From a bacterium (GTDB taxonomy: Bacteria > Chloroflexota > Dormibacteria > Aeolococcales > Bog-877), in assembly GCA_021802045.1 (NCBI GenBank), contig JAKABB010000001.1, positions 7,072 through 71,071 on the forward strand: a stretch of DNA of 64,000 bases. Reading direction: 5' to 3'. Of the stretch, positions 26,745 through 36,507 are shown piece after piece. The first letter of the stretch is position 1. Each line of letters begins with the position of its first letter. The translations under genes and the position numbers were made by a program. The notes beneath the pieces were generated by a model that saw nothing but the letters and a program-made list of their open reading frames with translations, was not told the DNA's origin and ran no database searches.

Positions 26745-28061
26745 GTGGCTAGGAGCGTGGGGGTCAGCCGGGGCCGGGCCGTGAGCCAGGTTTCAAGGCT
26801 TGCTCCGCTACAGCACCCGAGATTCCGGGCCCTGTTCCTGGCCGGTGCGCTGTCCTGGTACGGCGACTACCTCACCCTCCCCGCGCTTCTCGTCCTGGGC
26901 TACCAGCTCGGGGGCCAGACCGGAGTGGCCTGGGTCTCCTTCGTCACGGTTGCCCCGCTTCTGTTCCTTCTGCCGCTGGGTGGTCGGCTCGGGGACCAGG
27001 GCGAGCGGCGGCGGCGGTTGATTGCCCTCGACCTGGCCCGAGCGGGCCTCGGGGCCGCCGTCGTGGTCGGGGCGGTCGGACACTCTCTCCCGGTGCTCCT
27101 CGTCGCGGTCGGACTGTCACGGGGGGCCATGGCCCTCTACGACCCCGGTCGGCGCCGTCTCCTGCCAGCACTGCTGCCGGGGCGGCTGGTGCCTCAGGGG
27201 AGCAGCCTCCTGTCTGCGGTGGGGGAGTCCTCCATCGTCATCGGCCCGGCGCTCGGCGCGGCCCTCCTGCTCGTGACCAAGGCCGAGATCCTGGTGGCCG
27301 TCGACAGCCTTACCTTCCTCGCGTCGGCCCTGCTACTGGTCCGAGTCGGGCCACACCCCGTGGTGGGCGATCCCGAGCGAGCGGCCGCTCGGGGCGAGGC
27401 CGCCGGATTCTCGCGGCGCCTCCTGGACGGGTTCGGGTTGCTGCGTCGGGAGACGGGCACCAGGATCTTCGCCTGGCAGCTCTTCTGCGCGGGGGTGGGC
27501 GCCGCTGGCCTGCGAGTCTACTTCGTGATCATCGCCCGGCACGTCCTGCACGTCCACGTGCAGGAGGTGGGCCTGCTCTACCTGTGCGTGGGCCTTGGCG
27601 CGGTGGCCGCCACCCTCCTGGCGGTCTGGCGATCGGACGGCCGCGCGTGGTGGATCGTGGCCCTCGGCGTGCTGACGACCGTCGGAGTCCTCATCGACGG
27701 GACGACCCGGAATGGCTTCGTCGTGATTGGGGCCCTGGTCGCCCTGGCCGGCGCCATGGCCCTGGCCGAGGCCTGGGGCCTGACGCGGATCCAGGTGATG
27801 ACCCCACCGCGAGGCGTCGGGCAGGCGATGGGCGCGATCCTCTGGTGCGCCTACGCCGGGCAGGCGGTTGGGGCGGCGGTGGCTGGCGTCATGAGCGTGC
27901 ACCTGCCCCGGGCGACCTTCTTCGTGGCATACGCCGTGGTCACCATCGGCGGGGTGATGCTCCTGAGCATCCCGGCTCTGCCCGATCTCCTACACCGCCG
28001 TCAGAGGCGATCCGAGGCGGAGCCGGCCCCGGATGACCCACCAGGCTGGGAATGCCAGTAG
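26745..28061 (+). CDS. MFS transporter (EntS/MFS_3-like)
   Basis: About 12 predicted TM helices. The N-terminus FRALFLAGALSWYGDYLTLPAL and the loop GGRLGDQGERRR are typical of this MFS subfamily. Confidence 0.85.
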   Translation: MARSVGVSRGRAVSQVSRLAPLQHPRFRALFLAGALSWYGDYLTLPALLVLGYQLGGQTGVAWVSFVTVAPLLFLLPLGGRLGDQGERRRRLIALDLARAGLGAAVVVGAVGHSLPVLLVAVGLSRGAMALYDPGRRRLLPALLPGRLVPQGSSLLSAVGESSIVIGPALGAALLLVTKAEILVAVDSLTFLASALLLVRVGPHPVVGDPERAAARGEAAGFSRRLLDGFGLLRRETGTRIFAWQLFCAGVGAAGLRVYFVIIARHVLHVHVQEVGLLYLCVGLGAVAATLLAVWRSDGRAWWIVALGVLTTVGVLIDGTTRNGFVVIGALVALAGAMALAEAWGLTRIQVMTPPRGVGQAMGAILWCAYAGQAVGAAVAGVMSVHLPRATFFVAYAVVTIGGVMLLSIPALPDLLHRRQRRSEAEPAPDDPPGWECQ

Positions 28062-28105
28062 AATTCATCGGTCAGGCTGTTGAATTCGGATCTGCTCCAC
28101 CACCC

Positions 28106-28411
28106 ATGTCCGCCACGCCGATCACCATTCCTGGGAGCGTTCCCACCCCCGTGGAAGTCCTCAAGGTCTCAGCGACATCGCAGCCCGTGCGGGTCGCAGG
28201 AGCCATCGCTGGCGTGGTCCGGGTGCATCACCGGGTTGAGATCCAGGCGATTGGGGCCGGTGCCATCAACCAGGCGGTAAAGGCGATCGCGATCTCTCGC
28301 GGCTACGTGGCCCCCGGCGGCCTGGATCTGGTATGCATCCCCTCCTTCATGGACATTTCCATCGACGGGGAGGAGCGCACCGGCATCCGCCTGGTGGTGG
28401 AGGTCCGCTGA
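28106..28411 (+). CDS. spoVS: SpoVS family protein
   Basis: LKVSATSQPVRVAGAIAGVV...EIQAIGAGAINQAVKAIAISRGYVAPGGLDLVCIPSFMDISIDGEERTGIRLVV is near-colinear with Bacillus SpoVS. The ATG at 28106 is preferred; 28052 would overlap the MFS gene. Confidence 0.85.
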   Translation: MSATPITIPGSVPTPVEVLKVSATSQPVRVAGAIAGVVRVHHRVEIQAIGAGAINQAVKAIAISRGYVAPGGLDLVCIPSFMDISIDGEERTGIRLVVEVR

Positions 28412-28485
28412 CGGGCCCGGTTTCTCCGGGTGCGTCCTTTCGCCCCCTGCCGCTGCAGGAGGCCCGCCCCCATCGCTCCCCGATC

Positions 28486-29763
28486 GTGGTGGCCGGCGCC
28501 CGCGCCCCGCGTGTCCACCTCTGGCAGGTCGGCTGCCAGATGAACACCGCGGACACCGAGGCGCTGGCTGAGCAGTTCGCGGAGATCGGCCTTTGGCCGG
28601 GCGCGGCCCTGGAGGACGCGGATCTGGCGGTGCTGGTGACCTGCGCGGTTCGCCAGCACGCCGAGGACAAGGCGGCGGGGCGCTTGGGCGAGCTGGCGAA
28701 GTGGAAGCTGGCCAGGCCCGGGCGGGCGATCGCCCTGACCGGCTGCATGGCCGCGGAACACGGCGGCACCCTCTTCGCTCGCTTCCCGCAGCTGGACTAC
28801 GTCTTCGACGTCCGTGACGCCGACGGCTTCATGGCGCGCCTGCGGGATCTGTACGGGGGGGCCGTGGAGGGCCCGGTCCCGCTCCCAGCCGGCGATCGGC
28901 TCTCGGCCTACGTGCCGGTGATCCATGGCTGCAACGAGATGTGTACCTACTGCATCGTGCCCTTCGTGCGGGGCCGGGAGCGCAGCCGCGGGGTGCAGGA
29001 GGTGGTGGCCCAGGTGGGCCGGCTGGTCGAGGGGGGCGTGGTCGAGGTGACCCTGCTCGGACAGAATGTGAACTCCTACCATGACCCGAACACGGGCACC
29101 GACCTGGCCGGGCTGATGGCAGCCGTGGACGGCGTGCCCGGGCTGCGCCGGCAGCGGTTCCTGACCTCGCACCCCCGGAACGCCTCGGCGGCCCTGCTGG
29201 CCGCGATCCGTGAGTTGCCCACGGCCTGTGAGCATCTCCATCTGCCCGTGCAGAGCGGGAGCGATAGCTGCCTGCGGCGGATGAAGCGCGAGTACACCCT
29301 CCGCGAGTACCGGCTGGTCCTCGACGACGCGCGCCGGGTGGTGCCCGAGATCGCCCTCAGCACCGACATCATCGTCGGGTTCTGCGGTGAGACCGAGGCC
29401 GAGTTCGAGGGGACGATGAGCCTCCTGCGCGAGGTCGAGTTCGACACTGTCCACGTCCAGGCCTACTCACCGCGGCCGGGGACAGCGGCCCACCGGCGCC
29501 CGGACGACGTGCCCCCGGCCGAGAAGAAGGCCCGCCTCCAGGCGGTCCTCTCGCTGCAGCGTCAGATCAGCGAGCGCCGCAACCGCTCGCTCCTGGGCCG
29601 GACGGTGGAGGTGCTGGTGGAGGGGCGCGGCGCCGAGGACGGCCGTCCCTACGGGCGGACCCGCCAGAACCGGGTGACCTGGCTCGAGCGGGCGGCGATT
29701 CCCGGGAGCGTGGTTCATGCCACGGTCATCGACGCGACCGCCTGGCAGTTGACGGCGGCGTGA
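28486..29763 (+). CDS. miaB: tRNA-2-methylthio-N6-dimethylallyladenosine synthase (radical SAM methylthiotransferase)
   Basis: Contains VHLWQVGCQMN, the radical-SAM motif GCNEMCTYCIVP, YSPRPGT and a TRAM-like C-terminus. The start is uncertain (GTG 28486; the track ORF begins at 28333 inside spoVS). Confidence 0.9.
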   Translation: MVAGARAPRVHLWQVGCQMNTADTEALAEQFAEIGLWPGAALEDADLAVLVTCAVRQHAEDKAAGRLGELAKWKLARPGRAIALTGCMAAEHGGTLFARFPQLDYVFDVRDADGFMARLRDLYGGAVEGPVPLPAGDRLSAYVPVIHGCNEMCTYCIVPFVRGRERSRGVQEVVAQVGRLVEGGVVEVTLLGQNVNSYHDPNTGTDLAGLMAAVDGVPGLRRQRFLTSHPRNASAALLAAIRELPTACEHLHLPVQSGSDSCLRRMKREYTLREYRLVLDDARRVVPEIALSTDIIVGFCGETEAEFEGTMSLLREVEFDTVHVQAYSPRPGTAAHRRPDDVPPAEKKARLQAVLSLQRQISERRNRSLLGRTVEVLVEGRGAEDGRPYGRTRQNRVTWLERAAIPGSVVHATVIDATAWQLTAA

Positions 29764-32390
29764 GCGCGGCGGAGGGGGGCCGGGCGGGTCGGCCGGGCTC
29801 TGCGGACACGCCGGCGGTGGCGCAGTACGAGGCGGCCAAGATGGCTCACCCCGACGCCATCGTGCTGTTCCGGCTGGGCGACTTCTTCGAGATCTTCGGG
29901 GAGGACGCACGCCGGGCCGCCGGCATCTGCGGGCTGACCCTGACCAGTCGGGACTTCGGCCGGGCTGGGCGGCGACCGATGTGCGGCGTACCCCACCACA
30001 GCGTCGAGGTCCACCTCAAGCGCCTGCTGGACAGCGGGTGCACCGTCGCGATCTGCGACCAGATCGAGCCGGCGTCCGCGGCCCGCGGGGTCGTGCGGCG
30101 GGCCGTGACCCGGATCCTAACCCCGGGGACGGTCGTCGATGGAGCCCTGCTGGCCTCCGACCGGTCCCAGCGCTGCGTCGCGGTGGTGGCCGAGGGAGAT
30201 GTCGTCGGGGTGGCCGCCCTCGACGTCAGCACCGGCGACTGCCAGCTCCTGGAGACCGAGGGGGGCCTTGAGGGGGCGGCGCTGGCCGAGGAACTCGAGC
30301 GCCTGGACGCGGCCGAGCTGCTGCTGGCCGAGGGCGTGCACCTCGGGGAGGGCGTGGTCCCCTCGGCGCGACGGACCCGTCGATCGGTGGCCGAGATGGA
30401 GGCCGCTACGGCCCGGGCCCACCTGGAGACGGTGGTCGGGCGCGGCCGGCTGGTCGCGGCGGGGGTCACAGACTGGGCCGTGGCCCAGGCCGCGGCCGGC
30501 GCTCTGCTCCGCTACTGCGCGGCCGCACGCCTGCAGGTGCCCGGCGGCTTCCTGCGCCTGCGCGCCCGCTCGCCGGAGCAGACCATGCGGCTCGACTCCG
30601 CCACCCGCCGCAACCTGGAGCTGGTCGAGCCGTCCACCCCCTCGGGCCGCTCCCTGCTCCAGCTACTGGACGACACCCGGACCCCCCCTGGCGGCCGGCG
30701 GCTTCGCGCCTGGGTGCAGGAGCCCCTGCGGACGCTGGCGGCGATTCGGGAGCGCCAGGACGCGATCTTCGAGCTCCTGGAGGAACGGGGTGCCCGCGCC
30801 GGGCTGCGGGAGGGGCTCAGGTCCTGCCGGGACCTCGACCGGCTGGTGGGACGGTGCGTCCAGGGCCTGGCCAGCCCCCGCGACCTCACCGCGCTCCAGG
30901 GGACCCTGGCGGCCCTGCCAGCGGTGGCCGCCGCCGCGGGCTCGCTGGCCAGTCCCCTCAGCCGCTGGACGGCGGCCGCGCTGGAGGGGGTCGACGGCCA
31001 GCTGGTGGCGACCCTGGCGGCCGCGCTGGTCGAGGATCCGCCCGCCACCTCACGGGAGGGTGGGTTCATCCGGACCGGCTTCGACCCCGAGCTGGACTCG
31101 GTGCGGGCGGGGAGCCGCGAGGCCCGCGCCTTCATCTCGGGGTTGGAGGCCTCGGAGCGCACGCGGACCGGGATCCGCAGCCTCAAGGTGGGCTTCAACC
31201 GGGTCTTCGGCTACTACCTGGAGGTTCCCAATGCGCACCGTGATCGGCTCCCGCCCGACTACGTGCGCAAGCAGACCCTGGTGGGCGCGGAGCGCTACAT
31301 CACCGCGGAGCTGAAGGAGCAGGAGACGATCGTCCTCAGCGCCCGGGAGCGGTCCGTGGCTCGGGAGCTGGAGTGCCTGCGGACGCTGCAGGCGACGGTT
31401 GCGGGCGCGGCCGACCAGCTGATGGCCGCGGCCGATGGCCTGGCCACCCTGGACGCCCTCCAGAGCTTGGCGGAGACGGCCGACCGGCTGGGCTGGGTGC
31501 GCCCGGCGATGGACGACTCGCGGTGCCTGGAGATCCGGCAGGGCCGCCACCCGCTGGTGGAGGCCGCCCTGGGCCCCGGCCGCTTCGTGCCCAACGACGT
31601 CGACCTCGACGGTGACCAGCAGCGGATCGTGGTCCTGACCGGCCCCAATATGGCGGGGAAGTCCACCTTCCTGCGGCAGGTGGCGATCATCACCCTGCTC
31701 GCCCATCTGGGGGCTCCGGTCCCCGCGGCGGCGGCCCGGATCGGTCTGGTGGACCGCATCTTCACGCGAGTTGGAGCCCACGATGAGCTGGCCGCGGGGC
31801 GGAGCACCTTCATGGTGGAGATGGCCGAGATGGCCACGATCCTGGCCACCGCCACCCCGGCCAGCCTGCTGGTGCTGGACGAGATTGGCCGGGGCACCAG
31901 CACCTATGACGGGCTCAGCATCGCCCAGGCGATCGTCGAGTACCTGCACGAGAACCCGGCCGTGGCGGCTCGGACGTGCTTTGCCACCCACTACCACGAG
32001 CTGACGGCGCTGACCACCACGCTGCGCTCGGTGCGCAATTATCGGGTGGAGGTGGTAGAGGAGGGGGAGGGGCCCGGGGCCCGGATCACCTTCCTGCATC
32101 GGATCGTGCCCGGCGGAGCGGATCGCTCGTACGGCATCCACGTCGCCGAGCTCGCCGGATTGCCCCCGCCGGTGATCGAGAGGGCCCGGACCCTCCTGGC
32201 CGGCCTGGAGGCGGATCGCCCGCTGTCGCCCGCCCCTCTGCCGCAGGAGCAGCTTGCGCTGCCCCTGGCCCCGGCCCACCCGGTGGTGGCAGAGCTCGGC
32301 GCCCTGGACCTGGATCAGGTCACACCGCTGGCCGCTCTCCGCAAGCTGGCGGAGTGGCAGGCCACCCTGGGGCCGCCATCGCGTGAGTGA
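29760..32390 (+). CDS. mutS: DNA mismatch repair protein MutS
   Basis: Contains TPAVAQYEAAKMAHPDAIVLFRLGDFFEIFGEDA and Walker A (TGPNMAGKSTFLRQ). It overlaps the miaB stop by 4 nt. Confidence 0.95.
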   Translation: MSAAEGGRAGRPGSADTPAVAQYEAAKMAHPDAIVLFRLGDFFEIFGEDARRAAGICGLTLTSRDFGRAGRRPMCGVPHHSVEVHLKRLLDSGCTVAICDQIEPASAARGVVRRAVTRILTPGTVVDGALLASDRSQRCVAVVAEGDVVGVAALDVSTGDCQLLETEGGLEGAALAEELERLDAAELLLAEGVHLGEGVVPSARRTRRSVAEMEAATARAHLETVVGRGRLVAAGVTDWAVAQAAAGALLRYCAAARLQVPGGFLRLRARSPEQTMRLDSATRRNLELVEPSTPSGRSLLQLLDDTRTPPGGRRLRAWVQEPLRTLAAIRERQDAIFELLEERGARAGLREGLRSCRDLDRLVGRCVQGLASPRDLTALQGTLAALPAVAAAAGSLASPLSRWTAAALEGVDGQLVATLAAALVEDPPATSREGGFIRTGFDPELDSVRAGSREARAFISGLEASERTRTGIRSLKVGFNRVFGYYLEVPNAHRDRLPPDYVRKQTLVGAERYITAELKEQETIVLSARERSVARELECLRTLQATVAGAADQLMAAADGLATLDALQSLAETADRLGWVRPAMDDSRCLEIRQGRHPLVEAALGPGRFVPNDVDLDGDQQRIVVLTGPNMAGKSTFLRQVAIITLLAHLGAPVPAAAARIGLVDRIFTRVGAHDELAAGRSTFMVEMAEMATILATATPASLLVLDEIGRGTSTYDGLSIAQAIVEYLHENPAVAARTCFATHYHELTALTTTLRSVRNYRVEVVEEGEGPGARITFLHRIVPGGADRSYGIHVAELAGLPPPVIERARTLLAGLEADRPLSPAPLPQEQLALPLAPAHPVVAELGALDLDQVTPLAALRKLAEWQATLGPPSRE

Positions 32391-34179
32391 GTCCGCCCCG
32401 ACCAGAGGCCGGATCCACCAGCTGCCGCCCAGTGTCGCGGATGCCATCGCCGCGGGCGAGGTGGTCGAGCGGCCGGCGTCAGTTGTCAAGGAGCTGGTGG
32501 AGAACGCCCTCGACGCGGGCGCACGGCGGGTCACCATCGAGGTCGAGGGTGGCGGCCTAGAGCGCATCGCCGTGGCCGACGACGGCCTCGGGATCGCCGC
32601 CGAGGAGCTCGCTCTGGCCTTCTCCCGCCACGCCACCAGCAAGATCGACACCGTGGGCGACCTGGCCCGCATCAGCACCCTGGGGTTTCGAGGGGAGGCC
32701 CTGGCCAGCATCGGGGCCGTCGCCGCCGTCGAGGCCGTGAGCCGCCCAGCCGGGGTCGGGGCCGCGGCCCGGGTCACCGTCCGAGGAGCGGTGGTCACAG
32801 GACCCGGGCCCGCTCCGGGGGCCCCGGGGACCGCGGTGACGGTCCGGGACCTGTTCGGGACCACGCCGGCCCGTCGCGCCTTCCTCCGGCAGCCGCGCGC
32901 CGAGGCCGCCGCCTGCGTGCGGGTCGCGGCCGAGGCCGCCCTGGCCCGGCCCGACGTGGCGGTGGAGGTCCGCAGCGAGGGGCGGCGGAGCCTGACCACC
33001 CCAGGAAGCGGTCAGCTGCGCGACGCCGTGCGGGCGGTCTTCGGGGCGGCGGCGGCACAGGGCTGCCGGCCGGTCGAGCTGGAACACGAGGGCCTGCGCG
33101 TGACGGGGCTGGTCGGATCCCCCGCGGTGGCGCGCGCCAGCCGGGAGGCCTGCGTGCTCCTGGTCAACGGGCGCCGGGTCCACCAGCGCGGGCTGCAGGT
33201 GGCGGTGGAGAACGCCTTTCGGGGGCTGCTGCCGGCAGGACGCTACCCCCTGGCCGTTCTTGACGTCCGCTGTGACCCGTCCCGGGTCGATGTCAACGTG
33301 CACCCGACCAAGCGCGAGGTGCGGTTCACGGACGAGCGGGTGGCCTTCGCCGCGGTCGAGCGGGCCTGCTGGGCAGCGGTGCGAGGGAGCGAGCCGTTCC
33401 ACCTGGCCCTGGCATCGGGCCTGTCGCCGGGCGGCAAGGAGCTCGCCGCGCTGGGCCCGCCGGCCGCGTGGGCGGCTGCGCCCCTCCCGTTGCCGGCCCC
33501 AGGAGCGAGCCCCGGCACCGGGCCGGGCTTTCGAGAGGAGGGCGCCGCCCCGCCGCCACGTCCCTTGGGCCTGGAGGAGGCCCGGCACTGGCGGCCCCTG
33601 GGGCAGGCGCTCGATCAGTACCTCGTGGTCGAGACCGGCAGTGGCGTCGCGATCCTGGACCAGCACGCGGCGCATGAGAAGGTGCTCTACTGGGGTTTCC
33701 TGGAGGGGCTGCGAATCGCTGAGGAGGCGGCGCCGGCCGCGGCGCCGGCGCCCAGCCAGGTGCTGCTCATGCCGGACCTCATCGATCTTCCGCCCCAGTT
33801 GGTGGCCGCCTTCCCCACGCAGGCGTCCCTGCTGGCTGGAGTGGGCTTCGACCTGGAGCTGTTTGGCGAGACCAGCCTGCGGTGCACCGCCGTCCCGGCC
33901 GGTCTGCCGGCGGCCCGGGTGGCGGCGCTGGTGGAGGCGCTGCTGGCGGAGGGACTGGCCACAGGGGCGCTCAGCGCCAGCGAGCGGCACCACCGGCTGG
34001 CCGCAGTCCTGGCCTGTCACGCTGCGGTGCGGTTCGGGGACCGGCTCAGCCCGGAGGGGATCCGTCGACTGCTCGACGACCTCGCCGACACCCCAGGAGG
34101 CTTGACCTGCCCGCACGGCCGGCCGACCGTGCTTCTACTCGGGGATCGGGAGCTGCGCCATGCCTTCGGTCGCAGCTGA
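32383..34179 (+). CDS. mutL: DNA mismatch repair endonuclease MutL
   Basis: The GTG at 32383 overlaps the mutS stop. Contains an IHQLPPSVADAIAAGEVVERPASVVKELVENALDAG ATPase N-terminus, the endonuclease motif DQHAAHEKVLYWGF, and ACHAAVRFGD and CPHGRPT. Confidence 0.93.
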   Translation: MSESAPTRGRIHQLPPSVADAIAAGEVVERPASVVKELVENALDAGARRVTIEVEGGGLERIAVADDGLGIAAEELALAFSRHATSKIDTVGDLARISTLGFRGEALASIGAVAAVEAVSRPAGVGAAARVTVRGAVVTGPGPAPGAPGTAVTVRDLFGTTPARRAFLRQPRAEAAACVRVAAEAALARPDVAVEVRSEGRRSLTTPGSGQLRDAVRAVFGAAAAQGCRPVELEHEGLRVTGLVGSPAVARASREACVLLVNGRRVHQRGLQVAVENAFRGLLPAGRYPLAVLDVRCDPSRVDVNVHPTKREVRFTDERVAFAAVERACWAAVRGSEPFHLALASGLSPGGKELAALGPPAAWAAAPLPLPAPGASPGTGPGFREEGAAPPPRPLGLEEARHWRPLGQALDQYLVVETGSGVAILDQHAAHEKVLYWGFLEGLRIAEEAAPAAAPAPSQVLLMPDLIDLPPQLVAAFPTQASLLAGVGFDLELFGETSLRCTAVPAGLPAARVAALVEALLAEGLATGALSASERHHRLAAVLACHAAVRFGDRLSPEGIRRLLDDLADTPGGLTCPHGRPTVLLLGDRELRHAFGRS

Positions 34180-35080
34180 GGCGCCGCTGGTGGTGGTGGT
34201 GGGCGCGACCGCCACCGGTAAGACGTGCCTGGCCACCGCCCTGGCCGCCCATCTCGAAGGGGAGATGGTCAACGCCGACTCGCGACAGGCGTTCCGGGAC
34301 CTGGCGGTGGGGGTGAACAAGCCCACGCCGGTGGAGTGCCGGGGCGTTCCCTGCCACGGGTTGGACTGGCGGGGCCTCGGGGAGCCCTTCACGGTGGCGG
34401 ACTTCGTCGAGCGCGCCCACCGTGCCTGCGATGAGATCGCGAGCCGGGGCCGGGTGGCGGTGGTGGTGGGGGGGACGGGGCTGTACGTGCGGGCCCTGGT
34501 CGACGGTTTCGACTTTGGCGGGGTGGCACCCGGTCCGGAACCTCGGGGTGCTGTGCAGGGCGGCTCGGCGGCGGTGCGAGCTGGAGCCCTGTTGAGGCAA
34601 CGTGCCCCCGACCTGGCCGCGCGGGTCGACCTGCGCAACCCGCGGCGGGTGGCGCGCGCCCTGGAGCTGGCTGACGCCGGGGCCCGCCCCGGTCGTGGAG
34701 GCCGTAGCCGCCCAGCCCTGTGGGTCGGGATCCGCGTGGCGTCGGACCGTCTCCGCCGGCGCATTGAGGAGCGGACGGCCCGGCTGGTCGGGCCGGCCTG
34801 GCGTCAGGAGGTTGACGACCTGCTGGGGCGGGGCATCCCGGAGGCGACCCTGGCCGCAGCGGCCATCGGCTACCGGGAGGTGCTGCAGTGGCGGGCGGGG
34901 GAGATCACTCTGGACGAGGCACGTGCCCGGGTGGCCCGGCGCACCTGGCGCTACGCCCGGGCGCAGGCCACCTGGTTCCGGCGCGAGCCCCGGATTCGAT
35001 GGCTGGAGGATGATGAGATGGTGGCGATGCTGCACCAGGCGGTGGCTTCCCTGGGCCTGACGCCGCCCGGTACCCGCTAA
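34160..35080 (+). CDS. miaA: tRNA dimethylallyltransferase
   Basis: Contains a P-loop (VVVGATATGKTCLA), NADSRQAFRDLAVGVNKP and GGTGLYVRAL. Confidence 0.92.
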   Translation: MPSVAAEAPLVVVVGATATGKTCLATALAAHLEGEMVNADSRQAFRDLAVGVNKPTPVECRGVPCHGLDWRGLGEPFTVADFVERAHRACDEIASRGRVAVVVGGTGLYVRALVDGFDFGGVAPGPEPRGAVQGGSAAVRAGALLRQRAPDLAARVDLRNPRRVARALELADAGARPGRGGRSRPALWVGIRVASDRLRRRIEERTARLVGPAWRQEVDDLLGRGIPEATLAAAAIGYREVLQWRAGEITLDEARARVARRTWRYARAQATWFRREPRIRWLEDDEMVAMLHQAVASLGLTPPGTR

Positions 35081-35091
35081 GGAGCGCTCCG

Positions 35092-36408
35092 ATGCCCGTC
35101 GCCCACCGTCAGCGCGGACTCAGCGAGGTCCGTGAGCGCGCCTTCCTGCTGGGGTGGGCGGGCGATGAGACGGACCTCGCCGATCTGGACATCGAGATGG
35201 ACGAGCTCTCCGACCTGGTTCGCACCGCGGGGGCGGAGATCGTGGGCTCGGACATCCAGCGGCGGCCGCGCCCGGACCCTTCGCTGTTCTTCGGGGCGGG
35301 CAAGGTCCGCGAGGTGCGTGATCTCCAGGTCGACCTGCGGTTCGACCTGGTGGTGGCCAACGCCCAGCTGAGTCCTCGCCAGCAGCGCAACCTGGAACGG
35401 GAGCTGGCGGTGAAGGTGCTGGACCGCACCGAGGTCATCCTGGACATCTTCGCCCAGCACGCCCGCACCCGTGAAGGACGGCTGCAGGTGGAGGTGGCGC
35501 AGCTCCGACACCAGCTACCGCGCCTGGCCGGGGGACGAGATCTCTCCCGGCTGGGCGGCGGCATCGGCACCCGGGGTCCTGGTGAGCAGAAGCTGGAGGC
35601 GGACCGGCGGCGGATCCGGACCCGGCTGCGGGCGATGGACCGCGAACTGGAGGAGGTGCGCACCGCCCGGGCCCTGCATCGAACCGGGCGGGAGCGGCGG
35701 GCACTGCGGACGGCGGCGGTCATCGGCTACACCAACGCGGGCAAGTCCAGCATCCTCAACGCCCTGACCGCCGGTGGGGCGCTCGCCGAGGACAAGCTCT
35801 TCGCCACCCTGGACCCCACCACGCGCCTGCTCCGCATGGGTGCTGGCCGTGAGTGCCTGCTGACCGACACCGTGGGGTTCATCCAGGCGCTGCCGCACGA
35901 CCTGGTGGCCGCCTTTCGGGCCACCTTGGAGGAGGTGGAGGCGGCCGACGTCCTGATCCATGTACTCGACGGCAGCCACCCGCGGGCGCAGCACCAGCTC
36001 CAGACGGTCCACGCCACCCTGGACGAGATGGGACTCGAGGACCGGCTGATGCTGCTGGCCATCAACAAGGTCGACCAGCTGTCCGCGGCCGACCGGGCCC
36101 GGCTGGTGGGAGCGCCGCGGCCGCCGTACGTGGCGGTGGTCGCGACCAGCGCCGTGACCCGAGAGGGGCTGCCGGAGCTGCGGGCCGCGCTGGCCGCCGC
36201 CCTGGGCGGCGCCATGGAGGAGGTGGCGGTCACCATCCCCTACGGGGCCACGGGCCTGCTGGGGCGCTGGCGGCGGTATGGGCAGATCGACCAGGAGGAG
36301 TACACGGACACCGGGATCGCGGTGACCGGACGCGTCCCGCCGTCGATGGCCCCGGCCCTGCGCGCGGCCGCCCTCGGGCGGCCAGATCCTGGAGAGCGGG
36401 CTGGGTGA
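35092..36408 (+). CDS. hflX: GTPase HflX
   Basis: Contains the HflX N-domain, G1 (GYTNAGKSSILNAL), DTVGF and NKVD motifs. Confidence 0.92.
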   Translation: MPVAHRQRGLSEVRERAFLLGWAGDETDLADLDIEMDELSDLVRTAGAEIVGSDIQRRPRPDPSLFFGAGKVREVRDLQVDLRFDLVVANAQLSPRQQRNLERELAVKVLDRTEVILDIFAQHARTREGRLQVEVAQLRHQLPRLAGGRDLSRLGGGIGTRGPGEQKLEADRRRIRTRLRAMDRELEEVRTARALHRTGRERRALRTAAVIGYTNAGKSSILNALTAGGALAEDKLFATLDPTTRLLRMGAGRECLLTDTVGFIQALPHDLVAAFRATLEEVEAADVLIHVLDGSHPRAQHQLQTVHATLDEMGLEDRLMLLAINKVDQLSAADRARLVGAPRPPYVAVVATSAVTREGLPELRAALAAALGGAMEEVAVTIPYGATGLLGRWRRYGQIDQEEYTDTGIAVTGRVPPSMAPALRAAALGRPDPGERAG

Positions 36409-36507
36409 CCGGTCTCTCGTAGGCGGGCCCGGCACGGTATCCTGGCCGACCTGCGCCCGAGCTCCCTGAAACGACCGCTGTCCCCTCTTGTGGAGGCCTG
36501 AACCCCC

